A stretch of DNA of 64,000 nucleotides, taken from NCBI GenBank assembly GCA_947575605.1, contig CANPNZ010000002.1, positions 31,020-95,019 of the forward strand. The letters run 5' to 3'. Shown here in pieces: positions 61,859 to 64,000 of this stretch. The notes beneath the pieces are model-generated. The model was not told the origin of the DNA, ran no database searches, and was given only the letters and a program-made list of their open reading frames with translations. A program made the position numbers and the translations under genes. Positions within the stretch are counted from its first letter, which is position 1, and the number at the start of each line of letters is the position of its first letter. Source of the DNA: an uncultured Clostridium sp. GTDB taxonomy: Bacteria > Bacillota > Clostridia > TANB77 > CAG-508.

Positions 61859-62566
61859 TTCTATTTTTTTCTAACTATGTTGTCTGCTTGTTTTTCCGTC
61901 AAATACCCATACTCTATCATTTTTTTCATCACTTGTTTTTGCCTTTGTTTTGCTAATTCTGGATTTACTGTCGGTGCATAGACAGAAGGTGCATTAGGAA
62001 TTCCTGCTAATAAAATACATTCATAATCTGTCATTTCTTTTAACTCCTTATTAAAATAACCGCTTACATGCCTCTTTTATCGTTTGGTAACCATCTCCAA
62101 AATAACTGCTATTTAGATATAACTCTAGTATTTTATCTTTGTTGTAGTTTTTTTCTATTTCAAAAGCCATAAAGACTTCTGCTGCTTTTCTCGTTATCTT
62201 TTTTTCTTGTGTAAAATAAATATTTTTAGCTAATTGCTGTGTAATTGTACTACCCCCTTCTATAAATTTCATGGCCTTGATATCATGAATAAAAGCTCTT
62301 CCTATGGCAATCATATCAATCCCTTTATGTTGATAAAATCTATGATCTTCTACTGATATAACTGCATTTATATACATTTCTGGTACTTCTTGCATTTTGG
62401 TATAATTATTTTTTCTTTCTATGCTTTCTACTTTTTGACTAAGAGGTATTTCCTTCACAGCTTCTTGATAATTCTCATATCCATTTCCTATAATTAATAA
62501 ACCTATACTTATAAAAATTAATACTACTGCAAAAATCACCTTTTTAAATATTCTCATTTTTATCAC
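61859..62566 (-). pseudogene. monofunctional peptidoglycan transglycosylase (GT51), frameshift in an A4 run at 62041-62044
   Basis: GT51 motifs EDHRFYQHKG, GGSTITQQLAKN. Removing one nucleotide joins ...EACKRLF to NKELKEMTDYECILLAGIPNAPSVYAP... Confidence 0.65.
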
Positions 62567-62627
62567 CTTTATTTGATTGCAAATTAGTAGCTTTTCAATT
62601 GTTATAACCTAAATTATTATTGTTTCT

Positions 62628-62975
62628 TTATTTACTATAATTAGCCTTGACTTCATCGGGAAGCTCCTCATATTGTACTTCTTTCCAAGAATGAACACCT
62701 GTTGACTTTACTTCTAATAACAAATAGGAATCTTCCCTTAATTCTCTACTGGTTTTAAAATTTATTTCTTTTTTCTTTCCTTTTTTATTATAACAATCTA
62801 ATGTATATTGATATTTCATCTCATCTGATGATGAAATTCCTTCTATTTTTGTATTATCAATTTGTGTATAATATACTGCTTCATAATATTCTAAATAGTA
62901 AAGTGCACCTCCTAGAATTACAATAGCTATTATTATTGCCATTATCATAGGAATTTTTTCTTTTATCATTTCCAT
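62628..62975 (-). CDS. yxeA: YxeA-family (DUF1093) small membrane-anchored protein
   Basis: N-terminal TM plus the YxeA-like fold region. Sits downstream of a BceB/YxdM-like permease, as in B. subtilis yxdLM-yxeA. Confidence 0.6.
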   Translation of the reverse strand: MEMIKEKIPMIMAIIIAIVILGGALYYLEYYEAVYYTQIDNTKIEGISSSDEMKYQYTLDCYNKKGKKKEINFKTSRELREDSYLLLEVKSTGVHSWKEVQYEELPDEVKANYSK

Positions 62976-63004
62976 TTTTAATCACATTCCTTCCTAAAAA
63001 ACTC

Positions 63005-64000
63005 TTATTCTTCCCTAATAATATTTTTACTTCCTAAATAAGTGGCTAAGAAATAAGCCCCATAAATACCTCCAATGACACAAACCGTTATGACAATAGA
63101 TGGTAATAAATCTTCTGCGTTAGCAAGTCCAGCCATCATGCTTAACACAAATTGAATTCCAAAAATAGAATGAATAATGGCTAATATAAGTGGCATAGCA
63201 AAAAATATACCGATTTGTCGAAATAAAGCTCGATTTATCATTTTTTCATCACATCCTATTTTTCTTAGGATAATATATCTTTGTCTATTATCTGAACTTT
63301 CTGTTAGCTGTTTTAGTGCTAGAATAGCAGAGCTAGCAATTAAAAAAATAATCCCTAAATAAATAGCAATAAAAGTTATAATAGTTGCCAATCCTACACT
63401 TGATTCTACAATACTTATCTTACTTATACCATCAATGATAATTCCTTGTTCTTCTAATTTTTGTATAAAACTAGAAGCATTTCTATTGGAAAACATCGTT
63501 TCTATTTCTTCCTTTTCTTCCTTTGTTGTTACATTATAATTAGCAGCTAACAAAGTACGTTCTTTATCTTCTTCTGTTAGTAGACAATTATCTGGTACTA
63601 AAATAATTCCTGTATTCGTATGATTGGTTGACATGACAATAAATCCTTCTTGACATTGCTTATATTTTGATTCATATTGTTTTCCTGCAATGGTAATCAC
63701 ATTTTTCTTTTCTAAAGCTTGATTCCTTATTTTAGTCATACTATCAAAATCACAAAGCATAATATATTCATTGTCTTTTAATTCATATTGCTTAATTCCA
63801 TAAAGCTTCGCTATTTTATTGTAATCCGATATTTTTACAATCGTTTCTGGTGTATCATAAGCAAGCATAGCAAATTGTTCTTTTACTGCATCAATGGAAT
63901 CACCAAAGAAAGTTTCCATTGTTAAATTCGGATTAACATAGATTGGTATCTCTACAACGTCTTTTAAAATATTAGGATTCATTCCCGCATTTTTTAGTGA
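63005..64000 (-). CDS. BceB/YxdM-like ABC transporter permease (FtsX domain), C-terminal part; gene continues beyond the window end
   Basis: C-terminal FtsX-like 4-TM module; no start codon within the window. Confidence 0.65.
   Translation of the reverse strand, partial: SLKNAGMNPNILKDVVEIPIYVNPNLTMETFFGDSIDAVKEQFAMLAYDTPETIVKISDYNKIAKLYGIKQYELKDNEYIMLCDFDSMTKIRNQALEKKNVITIAGKQYESKYKQCQEGFIVMSTNHTNTGIILVPDNCLLTEEDKERTLLAANYNVTTKEEKEEIETMFSNRNASSFIQKLEEQGIIIDGISKISIVESSVGLATIITFIAIYLGIIFLIASSAILALKQLTESSDNRQRYIILRKIGCDEKMINRALFRQIGIFFAMPLILAIIHSIFGIQFVLSMMAGLANAEDLLPSIVITVCVIGGIYGAYFLATYLGSKNIIREE

Noticed and set aside
1011-63362. Numerous 60-120 aa ORFs on the strand opposite confident genes
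   Set aside because: Examples are 1011-1220, 3739-3927, 10797-10979, 23100-23369, 24028-24363, 31064-31435, 45445-45801 and 52460-52726. Each is fully embedded antisense in a well-supported gene, has low-complexity or poly-L/F composition typical of AT-rich antisense frames, and lacks an RBS.
1-64000. CRISPR arrays or rRNA genes
   Set aside because: No regularly spaced direct repeats of 25-40 bp and no rRNA-like conserved segments were seen. The only tRNA is at 27175-27250.

Overview
This is a low-GC (roughly 27-30 %) Firmicutes chromosome segment, Clostridia-like and apparently from a spore former. It carries housekeeping and sporulation genes interrupted by accessory insertions and many palindromic intergenic repeats. 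Going through the window: yabP, yabQ, divIC/ftsB and rho. An accessory island follows, with an XRE regulator, a long repeat-rich non-coding tract and Fic. Then class B sortase with an NPQT-type substrate and PBP1A. Next tyrosine recombinase, dpaB, the SpoVB-like flippase, sodA and a sortase with a tiny LPKTG protein. Then ychF, thrS with a Thr T-box leader, tRNA-Thr(GGU) and sigH. A GH18 cortex-hydrolase-like gene, a DNA alkylation repair gene, tsaC/sua5 and a DUF2075 nuclease-helicase gene follow. Then cotJC, separated from cotJA-cotJB by a ~4 kb element that carries a large serine recombinase. The window continues with rpmF, asnB, smpB and fba. A 1-Cys peroxiredoxin gene is split in two by ~11 kb of tandem large-serine-recombinase elements. 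It ends with DUF305, CotF-like coat genes, a GT51 transglycosylase, yxeA and a BceB/YxdM-like permease that runs off the window. The most notable finding is in the left peroxiredoxin-interrupting element. Its cargo includes a GC-enriched radical SAM/SPASM maturase next to a 72-aa peptide whose C-terminal 31 residues contain 9 Cys, making a candidate ranthipeptide/sactipeptide-like RiPP locus on an intervening element. This is reminiscent of skin-type sporulation-gene intervening elements. At least nine single-nucleotide frameshifts occur, mostly in homopolymers. They indicate either indel errors in the assembly or widespread pseudogenisation.
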